NCBI GenBank assembly: GCA_033762915.1
Contig: JANRLD010000072.1
Location: 1-64,000 of the forward strand
DNA length: 64,000 bases
Direction: 5' to 3'
DNA from: Meiothermus sp.
GTDB taxonomy: Bacteria; Deinococcota; Deinococci; Deinococcales; Thermaceae
Part shown: in pieces, positions 63,801-64,000 of the stretch
How positions within the stretch are numbered: position 1 is the first letter of the stretch
Layout: the number at the start of each line of letters is the position of its first letter
Program-made: the position numbers and the translations under genes
The notes under the pieces: generated by a model
The model's input: the letters and a program-made list of their open reading frames with translations, nothing else
What the model was told of the DNA's origin: nothing
The model's database searches: none

Positions 63801-63990
63801 ACGGCTGGGTCGAATACTGCTGACAGCAGACCCCTACAACGTGTCCGCACTTCGGCTTACCGTATATGCTCTGCGCAAACTCGGGAACCACCGCAGCCTT
63901 TCCCGGCACTACTCCGAGGCCAGGGAGCGGATGCTGGAAGTGGGAGAGGAGTTACCATCGGACTGGCAAACCTTCCTGGCCTCGGCCTGA
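60853..63990 (+). pseudogene. AAA ATPase-TPR-BTAD (STAND-like) regulator with one in-frame TAG at 63139-63141
   Basis: Walker A GEPGVGKT, Walker B FEDLH, AGNPLF and TPR-like helices. The same frame continues EPALAA*GEAVRL into a LEVLGP...GYALG..V.AD..EFL...LWRGPYL wHTH/BTAD module. Confidence 0.82.
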
Positions 63991-64000
63991 CTTCGAATCG

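Overview
GC-rich bacterial chromosomal segment whose gene content and order (upp-WecA/TagO-wecB, mgsA, DdrH-like gene, pyrG, SRP RNA, acpS/rsmF, murA with a divergent small regulator, lipB-lipA) point to Deinococcota, probably a Meiothermus-like member of Thermaceae (inference). Housekeeping genes occupy about 22-47 kb. They are flanked by accessory blocks: YefM-YoeB, a cytochrome c-PQQ dehydrogenase, three class-5 ABC binding proteins (two with permease pairs, none with an ATPase), three lipoprotein subtilases, Mg/Zn transporters, a GntR-linked sugar-type module and an AAA-TPR-BTAD protein. Mobile DNA comprises an IS630, an IS5-family element that splits a subtilase, and four copies of a ~90-105 bp palindromic MITE/REP-like element, one of them interrupted by the IS630. 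The most unusual signals are: an intact UdgX/family-4-like uracil-DNA glycosylase homolog that has lost the Fe-S ligands and both catalytic motifs; the dispersed palindromic repeat; strong, frame-independent enrichment of CTCGAG; two long genes each broken by a single in-frame TAG; and widespread leaderless -10 promoters. No CRISPR array, rRNA or prophage was seen. All calls come from reading the sequence; no database search was run.
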